64,000 nt of DNA from an uncultured Alphaproteobacteria bacterium. Its GTDB lineage: Bacteria; Pseudomonadota; Alphaproteobacteria; CAAGCB01; CAG-977. The position numbers and the translations under genes are program-made. The stretch spans positions 21,591-85,590 of the forward strand of contig CALYBD010000002.1 in NCBI GenBank assembly GCA_944393745.1. Direction: 5' to 3'. Shown here in pieces: positions 26,823 through 37,341 of the stretch. The notes below the pieces were generated by a model. The model worked only from the letters and a program-made list of their open reading frames with translations, made no database searches and was not told the origin of the DNA. The number at the start of each line of letters is the position of its first letter. The first letter of the stretch is position 1.

Positions 26823-28469
26823 TCAGTGTTGTTTTAAAAATGAAGGCAGATCAGATTCTTCATCCGCTGACAAAAGATGTTCTTCTTTTTTTTCATCGGC
26901 GGTCCGGCGCCCCGTTACGAATTGAAACAAAGAGGGGCGAGCTTTTTCCGCCGGTTTAACTGCCGGAGGAACAACAGGCGGTGCCGGCGGAACCGGTGCC
27001 GGCGCAGCAGGGAAGAGCTCTTCTTGTTCTGCCGTGTGCTGCTGTGCCTTCGGTTGAGGCATGACGGGCGGCTGATCTTCCGAGAACAGATGAGGCTGCG
27101 GTTTTTCGGCCGCTGTCATTTTCGGCGTAAAAGATTCAAATGAGGCCGGCTGTCTGATTTCGCCGCCGCCGAATAATTCGTTCGGAGCCGGCATGGCAGG
27201 CAGAATGCTGCTGGCCGTCTTTGGTGAAAAAGAAACAGGTTGAGTCGCCAACGTCGGGTGAACGGGCGCTGTCGAAGGCGGCGTAATTTTATCGTCTATT
27301 GTCAAAACATCATCGGCTTCATCTTCAAAAATTTCCGGCGATGCGGAAGAGGAAGGCTGCTGGGAAACAACGGGAATCGATTGTTCCGTTGTCTGTTTTG
27401 CGGAATTAAATCCGGCGGAAAACGATTTGGGCTGCGGCTGCGGTGTGAATATCGAAGAAGCCGTTTGCCCCATAAACGGATTTTGCGCTTCTTGCGGACG
27501 GGTGATTCCTGTCGCGACAACGGAAACACGGATAGAACCTTCCAGCGATTCGTCAAAAGAAGCCCCGAATATAATGTTTGCTTCGGGATCGACTTCGCGG
27601 CGGATTCTATTCGCGGCTTCGTCAACTTCATACAACGTCAGATCCGCCCCGCCGGCGATATTAATCAGAATACCTTTGGCACCGGTCATGGATGCATCGT
27701 CCAGTAAAGGATTGGCGATGGCTTCTTCCGCGGCTTCCAAAGCGCGGTTTTCGCCCGAAGCCGTTCCTGTCCCCATCATGGCACGTCCCATTTCCGCCAT
27801 GACGGCGCGCACATCGGAAAAGTCCAGATTGATAATCCCCGGGGTGATAATTAAATCCGTTATGCTGCGTACACCACCCTGTAAGACCTGGTCGGCACGC
27901 TTGAACGCTTCGGCAAACGTCATTTTTTCGTCGGCGACAAGGAATAAATTCTGATTAGGAATAACAATCAGCGTATCCACGTATTGCGCCAGTTCTTCAA
28001 TCCCTTTTTCGGCAATGGCCATTCTGTGGCGGCCTTCAAAAGTAAAAGGCTTTGTTACAACCCCGACAGTTAAAATATCACGTTCGCGCGCCATTTTTGC
28101 AAACACCGGAGCGGCTCCCGTCCCTGTGCCGCCGCCCATGCCCGCGGTAATAAAGACCATGTTGGATCCTTCCAGAACATTGGCAATGTCGTCCAACGCT
28201 TCTTCGGCGGATTCGCGACCGACTTCGGGTCTGGCGCCCGCCCCTTGGCCTTTGGTTGTTTCAATGCCCAGCTGAATCTTTGTTTCTGCCAAAGACGAAC
28301 TGAGCGCCTGCGCGTCCGTATTCGCAACGACAAAACTGACGCCGCCCAGCTGGCTTTGTATCATATTGTTGATGGCATTGCCGCCGGCGCCGCCAACGCC
28401 GACAACGGTAATCTTCGGGGTTAAAAGAACAATCGGTTGTTGTTGTGGAACACTGATGTCTAAAGTCAT
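26823..28469 (-). CDS. ftsZ: Cell division GTPase FtsZ with long proline-rich C-terminal linker
   Basis: Tubulin signature [10 protein letters not shown]; N-terminal [17 protein letters not shown]; ~220 aa Pro/Ala/Gln-rich linker, then a conserved C-terminal peptide (DLPSFLKQH). Confidence 0.95.
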   Translation of the reverse strand: MTLDISVPQQQPIVLLTPKITVVGVGGAGGNAINNMIQSQLGGVSFVVANTDAQALSSSLAETKIQLGIETTKGQGAGARPEVGRESAEEALDDIANVLEGSNMVFITAGMGGGTGTGAAPVFAKMARERDILTVGVVTKPFTFEGRHRMAIAEKGIEELAQYVDTLIVIPNQNLFLVADEKMTFAEAFKRADQVLQGGVRSITDLIITPGIINLDFSDVRAVMAEMGRAMMGTGTASGENRALEAAEEAIANPLLDDASMTGAKGILINIAGGADLTLYEVDEAANRIRREVDPEANIIFGASFDESLEGSIRVSVVATGITRPQEAQNPFMGQTASSIFTPQPQPKSFSAGFNSAKQTTEQSIPVVSQQPSSSASPEIFEDEADDVLTIDDKITPPSTAPVHPTLATQPVSFSPKTASSILPAMPAPNELFGGGEIRQPASFESFTPKMTAAEKPQPHLFSEDQPPVMPQPKAQQHTAEQEELFPAAPAPVPPAPPVVPPAVKPAEKARPSLFQFVTGRRTADEKKEEHLLSADEESDLPSFLKQH

Positions 28470-28584
28470 GGATTACTCCGTTGGAAAATGAATCTGCTTT
28501 AACGAATCGGCGGTTTTCTTTGTTTTTTTCCGAATCAACCGGCCTGCTGTCAAAGTAATATTCTTTTTTATACAGTGAAAGTCT

Positions 28585-29838
28585 TTAAGAATTGTCTAAA
28601 AACCAGCGAAAAATTTTCACAAATTTATTTCCGGGGGCGGACATGTCGCGCTGATGTGTCGGCGTGTTCAGTAAAATACGTGTCGTATAATGCAATAAAC
28701 CGATGCAGCCCATATAACTGTGATAAGCATGGGGCGGTATGATTCCCTGCTTGTCAAACAATCGCACGGGTTGGCCGGTTCGAACGTTGCATTTCAAAAC
28801 GGCCGAGGCTTTTTCATTTATACCGTGCAGCTGGGCACCGCCGCCCGTTAAAACAAAATTCAGGCAGATATCGTAAAAACCCGTTTGTTCCAACAATGAT
28901 TTTATTTTTTCAAACAATTCTTCGATTCTGGGAACGATTGTCTGTACTATTCTGGCACGCGGAACACGCCAGACGGAAACATTTTCATCTTCGCCGATCA
29001 GGGGAATGTCGACTTCTTCTTGTTCGTAGGTTACGGAAGGTAACGTGGATCCCTTTAAGGTCTTTATTCGTTCGGCATTGTCCAAAGAAGTTTTAAAACA
29101 GTTTGCGATGTCTTTGGTGATAAGGTCTCCGCCAAACGGGATCTGCGCCGCAAAGACCAGCTGGTCTTCGTAAAAAACGCCGATTCCCGTCGTGCCGGCG
29201 CCTAAGTCGATAACGGCCGTTCCCTGTTTTTTTTCTTCCTGCGTCAGGCAGGCCAGACCGGCAGCATAAGGAGAAGCAACCTTTTTGGAACAAGACAGAT
29301 GATTTTGATCCAAAACGGTATTCATATCCCGGACAGGGTAGGGCGGCGTCATGACGGTATGCAATGATAAATAAAGGGTTTTGCCGGTCAGACCGCGCGG
29401 ATCCGTAATTGCATGGCGGGAATCCAAACTGTAATCAATCGGAATGCAATGCAAAACTTCATCTTCCGAATCGGGAATTTTGTTTTGTGCCATGGTAATT
29501 AAGCGGTTAACGTCGCTTTGTGTTACTTCCGTTCCGCCCAGATCCAGGCTGTCCTGAATAATCAAAGACGACAAAGATCCGACGCAAGCCGTCGCCACAA
29601 CGGTTTTAATGCGTTCTTTGATAAAGCGTTCCGCATTGGCAACGGCATGTCGTACGGAATCAACGGCAGGAGCCAGTGCGCTGATCTCGCTTTTTTTTAC
29701 GCCGGTATTCTGATACGATCCGGCACCGACGATAACGGCTTTGTTTTCGTCAACGGGATAAGCCAAAACACAGCACGTTTTTGACGTTCCGATATCCAAA
29801 GCCGCTATTAAATTATTGTCATTTAAAATACGAGGCAC
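28585..29838 (-). CDS. ftsA: Cell division protein FtsA
   Basis: Actin-like ATPase; ALDIGTSKTCCVLA N-terminal phosphate-1 motif; 417 aa; located between ftsQ and ftsZ. Confidence 0.9.
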   Translation of the reverse strand: MPRILNDNNLIAALDIGTSKTCCVLAYPVDENKAVIVGAGSYQNTGVKKSEISALAPAVDSVRHAVANAERFIKERIKTVVATACVGSLSSLIIQDSLDLGGTEVTQSDVNRLITMAQNKIPDSEDEVLHCIPIDYSLDSRHAITDPRGLTGKTLYLSLHTVMTPPYPVRDMNTVLDQNHLSCSKKVASPYAAGLACLTQEEKKQGTAVIDLGAGTTGIGVFYEDQLVFAAQIPFGGDLITKDIANCFKTSLDNAERIKTLKGSTLPSVTYEQEEVDIPLIGEDENVSVWRVPRARIVQTIVPRIEELFEKIKSLLEQTGFYDICLNFVLTGGGAQLHGINEKASAVLKCNVRTGQPVRLFDKQGIIPPHAYHSYMGCIGLLHYTTRILLNTPTHQRDMSAPGNKFVKIFRWFLDNS

Positions 29839-29855
29839 GACTGTTCCTTTGCCGG

Positions 29856-30704
29856 TTATGGCGTTTTTGATGAATCGGAAATGATTTGTTTGCGTTTTTT
29901 CCCTTTTTTGGAAAGCTCGTCTTCCAGATGAACGATTAATTTATCGGGTTGACGTAAATCAACCATGGTGATTTTGCGGCTTAACAGGCCTTGGGTCCTG
30001 TCCAGATTTGCCAAACGTCCCCAAGCGGCCGCCGGATCCTTTTCGGGCAGGCGGACGGTTATCCCCTTATCGATGTCGTCCAACAGAATATTCCAACGGC
30101 GCTGACCGATTCGGACGGCAGCTTTGACACGTTTGTGCAATTCCGGTTCCTGCGCCAGAAAAGTAAGCAGCTCCGGTGTTCTTTCGGGCGCATCAATGCC
30201 TAAAACCAACGGCAGGCCGTTTAATTTTTTGACAAAAGTCTCGATCGGCTGACCGTCGGAATCCACCGGGCGGTACAGTCCTTTGTTCTGCCAGACGGCG
30301 ACCGGCGTCCGTTCGTTTAGGCGGATATATAAAATATGAGGCAGCCGGCGTTCAATATGAACTGTTTTTACCCAGGGCAGACGCTGAATGTTTTCGCGTG
30401 CCTTTTGAATGTCTACGGCCGTAATCGGCATACCGCGTTCGACTTTTAACACGTCCAGCAATTCTTTTTGTGTTGTTCTGTCACGTCCGCGGACGTAAAC
30501 TTCGTTTAAACGCAAATCGGCCGATAGGGCCGCGTTATTCATAAAATAAATCAGGCTTTCTTTTTTTTCGGCATAAAAAGGGCTGTTGGTAAACCAAAGA
30601 ATTAAGGTTGCCAAAAACAATAAAATAAGAGCGGCCAAAAACGGGCTGAGCTGTTTTATGTTTCGGAACTTTAATCCCCGCATTTGGCGTTCTCCACCAT
30701 CCAC
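29856..30704 (-). CDS. ftsQ: Cell division protein FtsQ
   Basis: Single N-terminal TM then POTRA/FtsQ domain; position between ddl and ftsA. The true start is possibly the internal ATG ~30683. Confidence 0.8.
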   Translation of the reverse strand: MDGGERQMRGLKFRNIKQLSPFLAALILLFLATLILWFTNSPFYAEKKESLIYFMNNAALSADLRLNEVYVRGRDRTTQKELLDVLKVERGMPITAVDIQKARENIQRLPWVKTVHIERRLPHILYIRLNERTPVAVWQNKGLYRPVDSDGQPIETFVKKLNGLPLVLGIDAPERTPELLTFLAQEPELHKRVKAAVRIGQRRWNILLDDIDKGITVRLPEKDPAAAWGRLANLDRTQGLLSRKITMVDLRQPDKLIVHLEDELSKKGKKRKQIISDSSKTP

Positions 30705-31603
30705 ACGACAATATCCTGATAAGAATAACCGGCATAACGTGCAATTTCAGGCACTAAAGACAACGACGTCATTCCGGGTTGTGTGTTTGTTTCCAGCAAA
30801 GCAAAACGCGGTTTTTCGCCAAGACGCGTATCGTCGTAACGAATGTCCGAACGCGATATGCCGCGACAGCCCAAAATCGTGTGCGCTTCGGCGGCGATTC
30901 GCATGGCTTCGGCATAATCGGCTGCCGGCAGGTTGGCCGGAATAACGTGTTTCGATCCGCCTTCGGAATATTTTGATTGATAGTTATAAAAATCTTTTGT
31001 CGGAATGATTTCCAAAACCCCCAGCGGTTTGTTGTCCATCACGGCAACGGTCAGTTCGCGGCCGGGAATGTATTCTTCGGCCAGAATTTTTTCGTCATCG
31101 GCGTAGGGATATTTTTCATTTTCAAACGGTTTTGTGCCGTCGTCTTTATCAAAAATGTATACCCCGACGGAAGAACCGTTGCAGATCGGTTTTAAAACAA
31201 AAGGATAGGGCAGAACGTCGCCGGCCAGAATTTGTTCTTTGGTGACAATTCTTTCGTTAGCCAAAGGCAACCCGGCCATTCTGAAAATCTTTTTTGCCAT
31301 GAGTTTGTTCATAGCCAAAGCCGATGCCGTTCGTCCCGAATGCGTATAGGGAATTTCCAATAAATCCAGAATTCCCTGAATGCAACCGTCTTCGCCGTAT
31401 TGACCGTGCAAAGCATTAAACACAACGTCCGGTTTTTCGGATTCCAGCATAAGGATAAACGGTTTTAAATCATGGGAAATATCCAAAGGAAATGCATTGT
31501 ATCCCGCATGAATCAAAGCTTCCAGCACATTTCTGCCGCTGGAAAGGGAAACTTTTCTTTCTGATGAACAGCCGCCCATCAATACCGCAACTTTTTTCGT
31601 CAA
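30671..31603 (-). CDS. ddl: D-alanine--D-alanine ligase
   Basis: N-terminal KVAVLMGGCSSEREVSLSSG and ATP-grasp motifs (EEYIPGRELTVAV) are present. The protein is 310 aa. Confidence 0.9.
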   Translation of the reverse strand: MTKKVAVLMGGCSSERKVSLSSGRNVLEALIHAGYNAFPLDISHDLKPFILMLESEKPDVVFNALHGQYGEDGCIQGILDLLEIPYTHSGRTASALAMNKLMAKKIFRMAGLPLANERIVTKEQILAGDVLPYPFVLKPICNGSSVGVYIFDKDDGTKPFENEKYPYADDEKILAEEYIPGRELTVAVMDNKPLGVLEIIPTKDFYNYQSKYSEGGSKHVIPANLPAADYAEAMRIAAEAHTILGCRGISRSDIRYDDTRLGEKPRFALLETNTQPGMTSLSLVPEIARYAGYSYQDIVVWMVENAKCGD

Positions 31604-32560
31604 TTATCTGCCTCCAAAACTGCTGAAACGTTTTGTTTTGACGCCGATGCGCCGCACTTCCCATTCCAGCATAATCTCGCTTGTTTCATAAACGCGTCGT
31701 TGCACCGTTTCACCAAGCGTTTCAAAATCCTGTGCCGTGGCTTTTCCCGTGTTAATGAAAAAGTTGCAATGCTTTTCCGAAACCATGGCGCCGCCTATCT
31801 TTAATCCGCGGCAGCCGGCTTTGTCAATCAGCTGCCAAGCCTTTAATCCGATCGGATTTTTAAACATCGAACCGGCCGTTTTAACACCGATCGGCTGAGC
31901 CTTTTCACGAATTTGTCTGTATTCTGTCATACGTTTCTGAATATTTTCTTTATTTTCGGGGGTTCCTTTTAAAACGGCATCTGTAAATATCCAGTTGTCC
32001 GGCAAAGCATTTGTGCGGTAGTCAAACGGAATTTCACTTCTTTGCAAAACCATTTTTTTGCCGATAATGTCAAAAGCCGTCAGTTCGCTTAACACATCGG
32101 CAACAGATCGGCCGTGGGCGCCGGCGTTCATTCTGACGGATCCCCCCAGCGTGCCGGGAATGCCGCATAAAAATTCAAATCCGGACAAACCTGCTTCCAG
32201 GGCTGCGCGAGAAATTTCCGTGTTTTTTGCCCCCGCGCCGCAAATGATCCGGTCGTCTTCAATGCGAATGGTATTAAAAGTTTTTCCCAAATGAACAACG
32301 ATGCCGGGGATTCCTCCGTCACGAATCAGCAAATTCGAACCGCCTCCGATAACGGTTAACGGCGCGTTGGGCTGATTGGTTAAAAAATATTCCAGATCGT
32401 CCGCATCTGCCGGCGTAAACAAAAGCTCGGCAGGGCCGCCGACGCCCAACCATGTCATTTTATGCAAAGGAGCATTTTCAACGACTTCCCCGCGCACGGC
32501 CGGCATCAGCTGCTTTAAATTCGAGTTGTTCGAAAAAAAACGTTTAAAAAAAGAAAACAT
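31604..32560 (-). CDS. murB: UDP-N-acetylenolpyruvoylglucosamine reductase MurB
   Basis: FAD-binding TWLGVGGPAELLFTP and IGGGSNLL motifs; 318 aa. Confidence 0.9.
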   Translation of the reverse strand: MFSFFKRFFSNNSNLKQLMPAVRGEVVENAPLHKMTWLGVGGPAELLFTPADADDLEYFLTNQPNAPLTVIGGGSNLLIRDGGIPGIVVHLGKTFNTIRIEDDRIICGAGAKNTEISRAALEAGLSGFEFLCGIPGTLGGSVRMNAGAHGRSVADVLSELTAFDIIGKKMVLQRSEIPFDYRTNALPDNWIFTDAVLKGTPENKENIQKRMTEYRQIREKAQPIGVKTAGSMFKNPIGLKAWQLIDKAGCRGLKIGGAMVSEKHCNFFINTGKATAQDFETLGETVQRRVYETSEIMLEWEVRRIGVKTKRFSSFGGR

Positions 32561-32563
32561 TTT

Positions 32564-34003
32564 TTATCCTTTGTTCTGTTTTGCGGCAAATTGTGCCAAT
32601 TCCTGCGGCAAAGCTTTCGCCCAAGAAGAAATATTGCCGGCTCCCAGGCAGATGACAATATCGCCCGACGAAGCTTCTTGTCTGATTATACCGGCTAAAT
32701 CTTCACGTTTGTTTAACGTGATGACATGGCGGTGCCCGTGGGTCCGTAAGCCCTCTGCCAAAGCGTCCTTATTGGCGGAAGGGATTTCTTCTTCTCCGGC
32801 GGAATAAACATCGGTAACAATAACGCAGTCCGCATCGTTAAATGCGGTACAGAACATCTCAAACAGGTTGGCTACACGTGAATAGCGATGCGGTTGAAAA
32901 ACGGCAATGACTTTTTTCGGCGCGACTTCTCTGGCTGCTTTTAACGTTGAGGCAATCTCGATCGGGTGATGGCCGTAATCGTCAATGATCGTAATGCCGT
33001 CCGTTTCTCCGGTTTTTGTAAAGCGTCGCTGCACACCCGTAAAAGCTGCCAGCGCTTTTTTCAAATGTTCTTCCGAAATGCCCAGTCGCAGACCGACACT
33101 GACGGCCGCCAAAGCGTTTAAAACGTTGTGTCTGCCGTAAACAGGCAAAGAAAAACCGTTCATGCGCAGCGTTTCTCCCGTCGGGCTGAGGCTGTCGGCA
33201 ACAACAACGTCAAACGTAATTAATCCCGGAACGGCCTGAATGTTCTGTGCCGTGACTTCTGCCTGCGGGGTAAAACCGTAAGTAATGATTTGTCTGTCGG
33301 AAATTTGGGAAATCAGGCGCTGGACTTCCGGATGATCGACGCACAGGCAGGCAAAACCGTAAAAAGGAATGTTTTGAACGAACGTTCTGTAGGCGTCCTT
33401 CATTTTTTCATAGGTGCCGTAATAATTCAGATGCTCCGGATCCATGTTCGTCACAATGACGGCCGTTGCCGGCAGTTTTAAAAAGCTGCCGTCCGATTCA
33501 TCGGCTTCCGCCACCAGCCATTGTCCGTCCCCTAAATGAGCGTTCGTCCCGTAGGCATTGATAATTCCGCCGTTGGCAACTGTCGGATCCAGTCCGGCTG
33601 TCTGCATGACCAGACCGATCATCGAGGTCGTTGTTGTTTTGCCGTGCGTGCCGCCAACGGCAATGGACCATTTCAATCGCATCAGTTCCGCCAGCATTTC
33701 CGCGCGCCTGACAACCGGTATGCGGCGCAGACGGGCTTCTTTGACTTCAATGTTTTCAGCATCAATGGCCGAAGAAACAACGACGACGCCGGCGCGTTCC
33801 ACGTTTTCGGCAGTGTGCCCGATTAAAACCGGAATACCTAAAGAACGCAGCCGTTTTACGTTTGAATTTTCGGAAATATCCGATCCTTGTATACTGTATC
33901 CCAGGTTATGCATCAATTCGGCAATGCAGCTCATACCGCTGCCGCCGATGCCGATAAAGTGAATAGTTCCGATGGGAAAGGGCAGGTGAGTCTGTGTTGT
34001 CAT
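32564..34003 (-). CDS. murC: UDP-N-acetylmuramate--L-alanine ligase MurC
   Basis: IHFIGIGGSGMSCIAELM N-terminus and Mur ligase P-loop VGGTHGKTTTTSM; 479 aa. Confidence 0.9.
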   Translation of the reverse strand: MTTQTHLPFPIGTIHFIGIGGSGMSCIAELMHNLGYSIQGSDISENSNVKRLRSLGIPVLIGHTAENVERAGVVVVSSAIDAENIEVKEARLRRIPVVRRAEMLAELMRLKWSIAVGGTHGKTTTTSMIGLVMQTAGLDPTVANGGIINAYGTNAHLGDGQWLVAEADESDGSFLKLPATAVIVTNMDPEHLNYYGTYEKMKDAYRTFVQNIPFYGFACLCVDHPEVQRLISQISDRQIITYGFTPQAEVTAQNIQAVPGLITFDVVVADSLSPTGETLRMNGFSLPVYGRHNVLNALAAVSVGLRLGISEEHLKKALAAFTGVQRRFTKTGETDGITIIDDYGHHPIEIASTLKAAREVAPKKVIAVFQPHRYSRVANLFEMFCTAFNDADCVIVTDVYSAGEEEIPSANKDALAEGLRTHGHRHVITLNKREDLAGIIRQEASSGDIVICLGAGNISSWAKALPQELAQFAAKQNKG

Positions 34004-34006
34004 GGT

Positions 34007-35101
34007 TTATGATCCTCGGGCTGTTTTTAAAACGGCGGCGGCAAGTAAATGAACGGCGTCCGGTTTGCCCAGTTCTTTGGCTTTTTCGGCGGCCGTTGTT
34101 AAAATCTGCGGCGTATTGATCAGTTCTTTGATTTTATTACTCAGGTATTCCGGTGTAAAATCCGGTTCTTCGCAAAGAAAAGCACCATTGTTTTTTGCAA
34201 TGAAAAGAGCGTTTTTTAATTGATGCGAATCGGGAGAACGCAAAATCGGAACAATTAAAGCCGGTCGTCCGGCCGTGCTTAATTCCGCAATGCTGGAGGC
34301 ACCCGCCCGGCAAATAACCAAATGCGCCCGGGCCAATCGGTCGGCCATATCCGTAAAAAAAGGCGCCAGATCAACCGTTAATCCCGATCCGTCATAAGCC
34401 TGACGAACCGCCGGCAAATCTTCCGTCCGACATTGTTGAACGATCCGCAGACGCTTTTTGATTTCTTCGGGCAGTTGAACCAATGCCGGCGGTATAACGC
34501 GGCTGAATAAAGAGGCTCCCTGAGATCCCCCGAAAATCAGCAGATTGAATGTTTCGCCGGCCGGCTGATATGACTGTGCACGCACGGCCAGAATTTCCGG
34601 ACGTACGGGCACTCCGGTATATTCAGTCTTAACGCCTTCGGGAATACGTTCAACGTCGGGAAAAGTCGTCGCAATTAAAGCGGCGCGTTTTCCCAGAACC
34701 CGGTTCGCCCCGCCCAAGACAGAGTTTTGTTCGTGCAAAATCAAAGGAATTTTTAATATTCCCGCGGCAAATGATGCCGGAAAAGCCGCATATCCGCCAA
34801 ATCCGACAACGGCATTCGGTTTGATTTTGGATAAAATCAGAATACTTTGCAGAATGCCGATTCCCATTAAAAACAAAGCCCAAAACTTTTTTAAAAACGG
34901 TTTTCCCGCATAAGCGCCGGCGAAAACACGGTATTCTTTTGATTCGGGAAAGCGTCCCGAGAAAGAATTGCCGCGCCTGTCCGTTATAAAAGTAACTTTT
35001 GTTCCGGCGGCAGTCAGTTCCCGGGCCAAAGCCTCGGCAGGAAACACGTGACCTCCGGTTCCGCCGGCCGTTAAAACAATCTGAATTGCCGATTCGTTCA
35101 T
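34007..35101 (-). CDS. murG: UDP-N-acetylglucosamine--N-acetylmuramyl-(pentapeptide) pyrophosphoryl-undecaprenol N-acetylglucosamine transferase MurG
   Basis: N-terminal LTAGGTGGHVFPAEAL G-loop; GT28 family; 364 aa. Confidence 0.9.
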   Translation of the reverse strand: MNESAIQIVLTAGGTGGHVFPAEALARELTAAGTKVTFITDRRGNSFSGRFPESKEYRVFAGAYAGKPFLKKFWALFLMGIGILQSILILSKIKPNAVVGFGGYAAFPASFAAGILKIPLILHEQNSVLGGANRVLGKRAALIATTFPDVERIPEGVKTEYTGVPVRPEILAVRAQSYQPAGETFNLLIFGGSQGASLFSRVIPPALVQLPEEIKKRLRIVQQCRTEDLPAVRQAYDGSGLTVDLAPFFTDMADRLARAHLVICRAGASSIAELSTAGRPALIVPILRSPDSHQLKNALFIAKNNGAFLCEEPDFTPEYLSNKIKELINTPQILTTAAEKAKELGKPDAVHLLAAAVLKTARGS

Positions 35102-36225
35102 TTGTTTTCCTTTGACGTATTTGTACTGCGTGTCAGAGCCAAAACGATCCCCATGCCGAACCCCAGCGAAACCAGCGATGACCCACCGTAAGAAATAAAG
35201 GGCAGCGTCATGCCTTTTGTCGGAATCAGGCTGAGTGTAGAGGCCGTGTTGATCAAAGCCTGCAGTCCGAATTGCACCAATAAACCCGAAACAGCCAGCA
35301 GAGTAAACAAATTTTTATCTTTGAAAATCAAATAAAAGCCTCGCAGCACAATTGTGGCAAACAAAGCCGTAATGACCAGACAGATTAACAAACCGAATTC
35401 TTCGGCGGCAACGGCCATGATAAAATCCGTATGCGCGTCGGGCAAAATGTTTTTAACGGTTCCTTCTCCGGGGCCGCGTCCCAAAAAACCGCCGTTTTTA
35501 AAGGCTTCCATCGCCGTACGCACCTGAAAAGTATCACCTGTTTCCGGACTGAAAAAACGATCTATACGCGATTGAACATGCGGAAACAGAAAGTAAGCGC
35601 TGATCCCCCCGACAGCACCGCACAAAATTAAAATATATGTCCAAAGCATGGAAATGCCGCTGAGAAATAACTCGGTACCGAAAATAATGCTGACGGTTAC
35701 GGTCATGCCGAAATCAGGTTGGTTGATTAAAAGAGTCGCTAAAATAACGTAAAGAATGCTCGCAATCAGCGTGCCGCGGAATTTTTCCTGCTGCTTGCCC
35801 AATGCAATCAGCCAGGCTGCCGTTACGGCAAATGCAGGTTTGGCGATTTCCGACGGCTGAACGGATAAACCGAAGATCCTGATCCAGCGTGAAGATCCTT
35901 TAATTTCAGATCCGTGCACCAAAACCATGACCAGTAAAACAAAAGCCGCTGCCAGAACACAACAGGATAATCGTCGGATCGTTTGCGGCGTCTGCATGGA
36001 AATGCCCAGCATAACCGCCGTGGATAACATTAAAAAGACAACCTGATGTTTTATCAGATAATAGGTTTCCAGCTTTAATCGTTCCGCAACGGGCGGCGTG
36101 GCCGAAAAAGACAAAAGAAGGCCGATTCCCAGCAAAATGAACAGAGCTCCGAGCAAAAAATGGTCAACGCTCCACCACCAGCGTCCCAAAATGCTGTTGT
36201 CTGTTCGTGCGATTGCCGTTTTCAT
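35098..36225 (-). CDS. ftsW: Peptidoglycan glycosyltransferase FtsW (SEDS family)
   Basis: 10-TM SEDS protein with the conserved block SGLLVQFGLQALINTASTLSLIPTKGMTLPFISYGGSSL. It sits directly after mraY, with no murD between them. Confidence 0.85.
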   Translation of the reverse strand: MKTAIARTDNSILGRWWWSVDHFLLGALFILLGIGLLLSFSATPPVAERLKLETYYLIKHQVVFLMLSTAVMLGISMQTPQTIRRLSCCVLAAAFVLLVMVLVHGSEIKGSSRWIRIFGLSVQPSEIAKPAFAVTAAWLIALGKQQEKFRGTLIASILYVILATLLINQPDFGMTVTVSIIFGTELFLSGISMLWTYILILCGAVGGISAYFLFPHVQSRIDRFFSPETGDTFQVRTAMEAFKNGGFLGRGPGEGTVKNILPDAHTDFIMAVAAEEFGLLICLVITALFATIVLRGFYLIFKDKNLFTLLAVSGLLVQFGLQALINTASTLSLIPTKGMTLPFISYGGSSLVSLGFGMGIVLALTRSTNTSKENK

Positions 36226-36234
36226 AAGCGCTCC

Positions 36235-37323
36235 TTATCTGATTTTTAATGTCGACAGAGCAATCAGTCCCAAAACAATGGCGATAATCCAAAAACGCAC
36301 GACAACGGTTAATTCGGGCCATCCCATTTTTTCAAAATGATGATGAATCGGCGCCATTTTAAAAATACGTCGTCCGGTCATTTTAAATGAAATGACCTGA
36401 AGAATAACCGAAAGCGTTTCCAAAACAAATAAACCTCCGGCAATTGCCAAAGCAATTTCGTGTTTCGTGACGACACTGACGGTTCCCAGAGCGCCACCCA
36501 ACATCAAAGAGCCGGTATCCCCCATAAAAATTTTGGCCGGCGGAGCATTATACCATAGAAATCCCAGACCGGCTCCGATCAAAGCACCGCAGAATACGGC
36601 CAGTTCTCCGGCGCCCGCAATATAAGAAATCTGCAGGTAAGCCGCAAAAGCCGCATGACCGACAATATAGGAAATAATCAAAAAAACAAAGGAAACAACC
36701 ATAACCGGCACAATGGCCAGGCCGTCCAGACCGTCCGTTAAATTAACGGCATTGGACGAACCGACGATAACGAACATGGCAAACGGAATATAAAACAGGC
36801 AGAGATTAAAGGACAGTTTTTTAAAAAACGGAAAAGCCAGCGTTGTCGCGCTCGGTTCGACCGTTGCTTTTGTAATCAGCCAAACGGCAATAAAAGCAAA
36901 GGAAAACTCCAGCAGCAATTTTAATTTTCCGGGCATTCCTTTGGAATTTTTTTTGGATATTTTCAGATAATCATCGGCAAAACCGATCAGCGCAAAGATA
37001 ATCGTTATTCCCAAAACAACCCAGACAAACGTGTTTTTCCAGTCCGCCCACAATATTGTCGACAGGCTCAGCGAAAGCAGGATCATTAACCCGCCCATTG
37101 TCGGGGTACCCTGTTTTGTTTTTAAATGCGATTCCGGTCCGTCTTCGCGAATCGGCTGGCAAGCATGCTGTTTGTCTTTCAGCCAGTGAATAAGCGCAGG
37201 ACCGATTAAAAAGCATAACACCAACGCCGTAAAAATTGCGCCGCCTGTCCGAAACGTCAGATATTTAAAAATATTCAGAATCGAATACTGGGTCGAAAGA
37301 GGAAAAAGAAGATTATAAAGCAT
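36235..37323 (-). CDS. mraY: Phospho-N-acetylmuramoyl-pentapeptide transferase MraY
   Basis: Conserved motifs [13 protein letters not shown] and the C-terminal HHHFE; 362 aa. Confidence 0.95.
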   Translation of the reverse strand: MLYNLLFPLSTQYSILNIFKYLTFRTGGAIFTALVLCFLIGPALIHWLKDKQHACQPIREDGPESHLKTKQGTPTMGGLMILLSLSLSTILWADWKNTFVWVVLGITIIFALIGFADDYLKISKKNSKGMPGKLKLLLEFSFAFIAVWLITKATVEPSATTLAFPFFKKLSFNLCLFYIPFAMFVIVGSSNAVNLTDGLDGLAIVPVMVVSFVFLIISYIVGHAAFAAYLQISYIAGAGELAVFCGALIGAGLGFLWYNAPPAKIFMGDTGSLMLGGALGTVSVVTKHEIALAIAGGLFVLETLSVILQVISFKMTGRRIFKMAPIHHHFEKMGWPELTVVVRFWIIAIVLGLIALSTLKIR

Positions 37324-37341
37324 ATTTTTTGTCCCGGAAAG

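Noticed and set aside
26877-28333. Arg-rich ORFs (26877-27143, 27240-27707, 27427-27954, 28015-28275, 28070-28333) overlapping ftsZ
   Set aside because: They are antisense or alternate-frame products of the Pro/Ala-rich FtsZ linker coding region; they show no independent signals.
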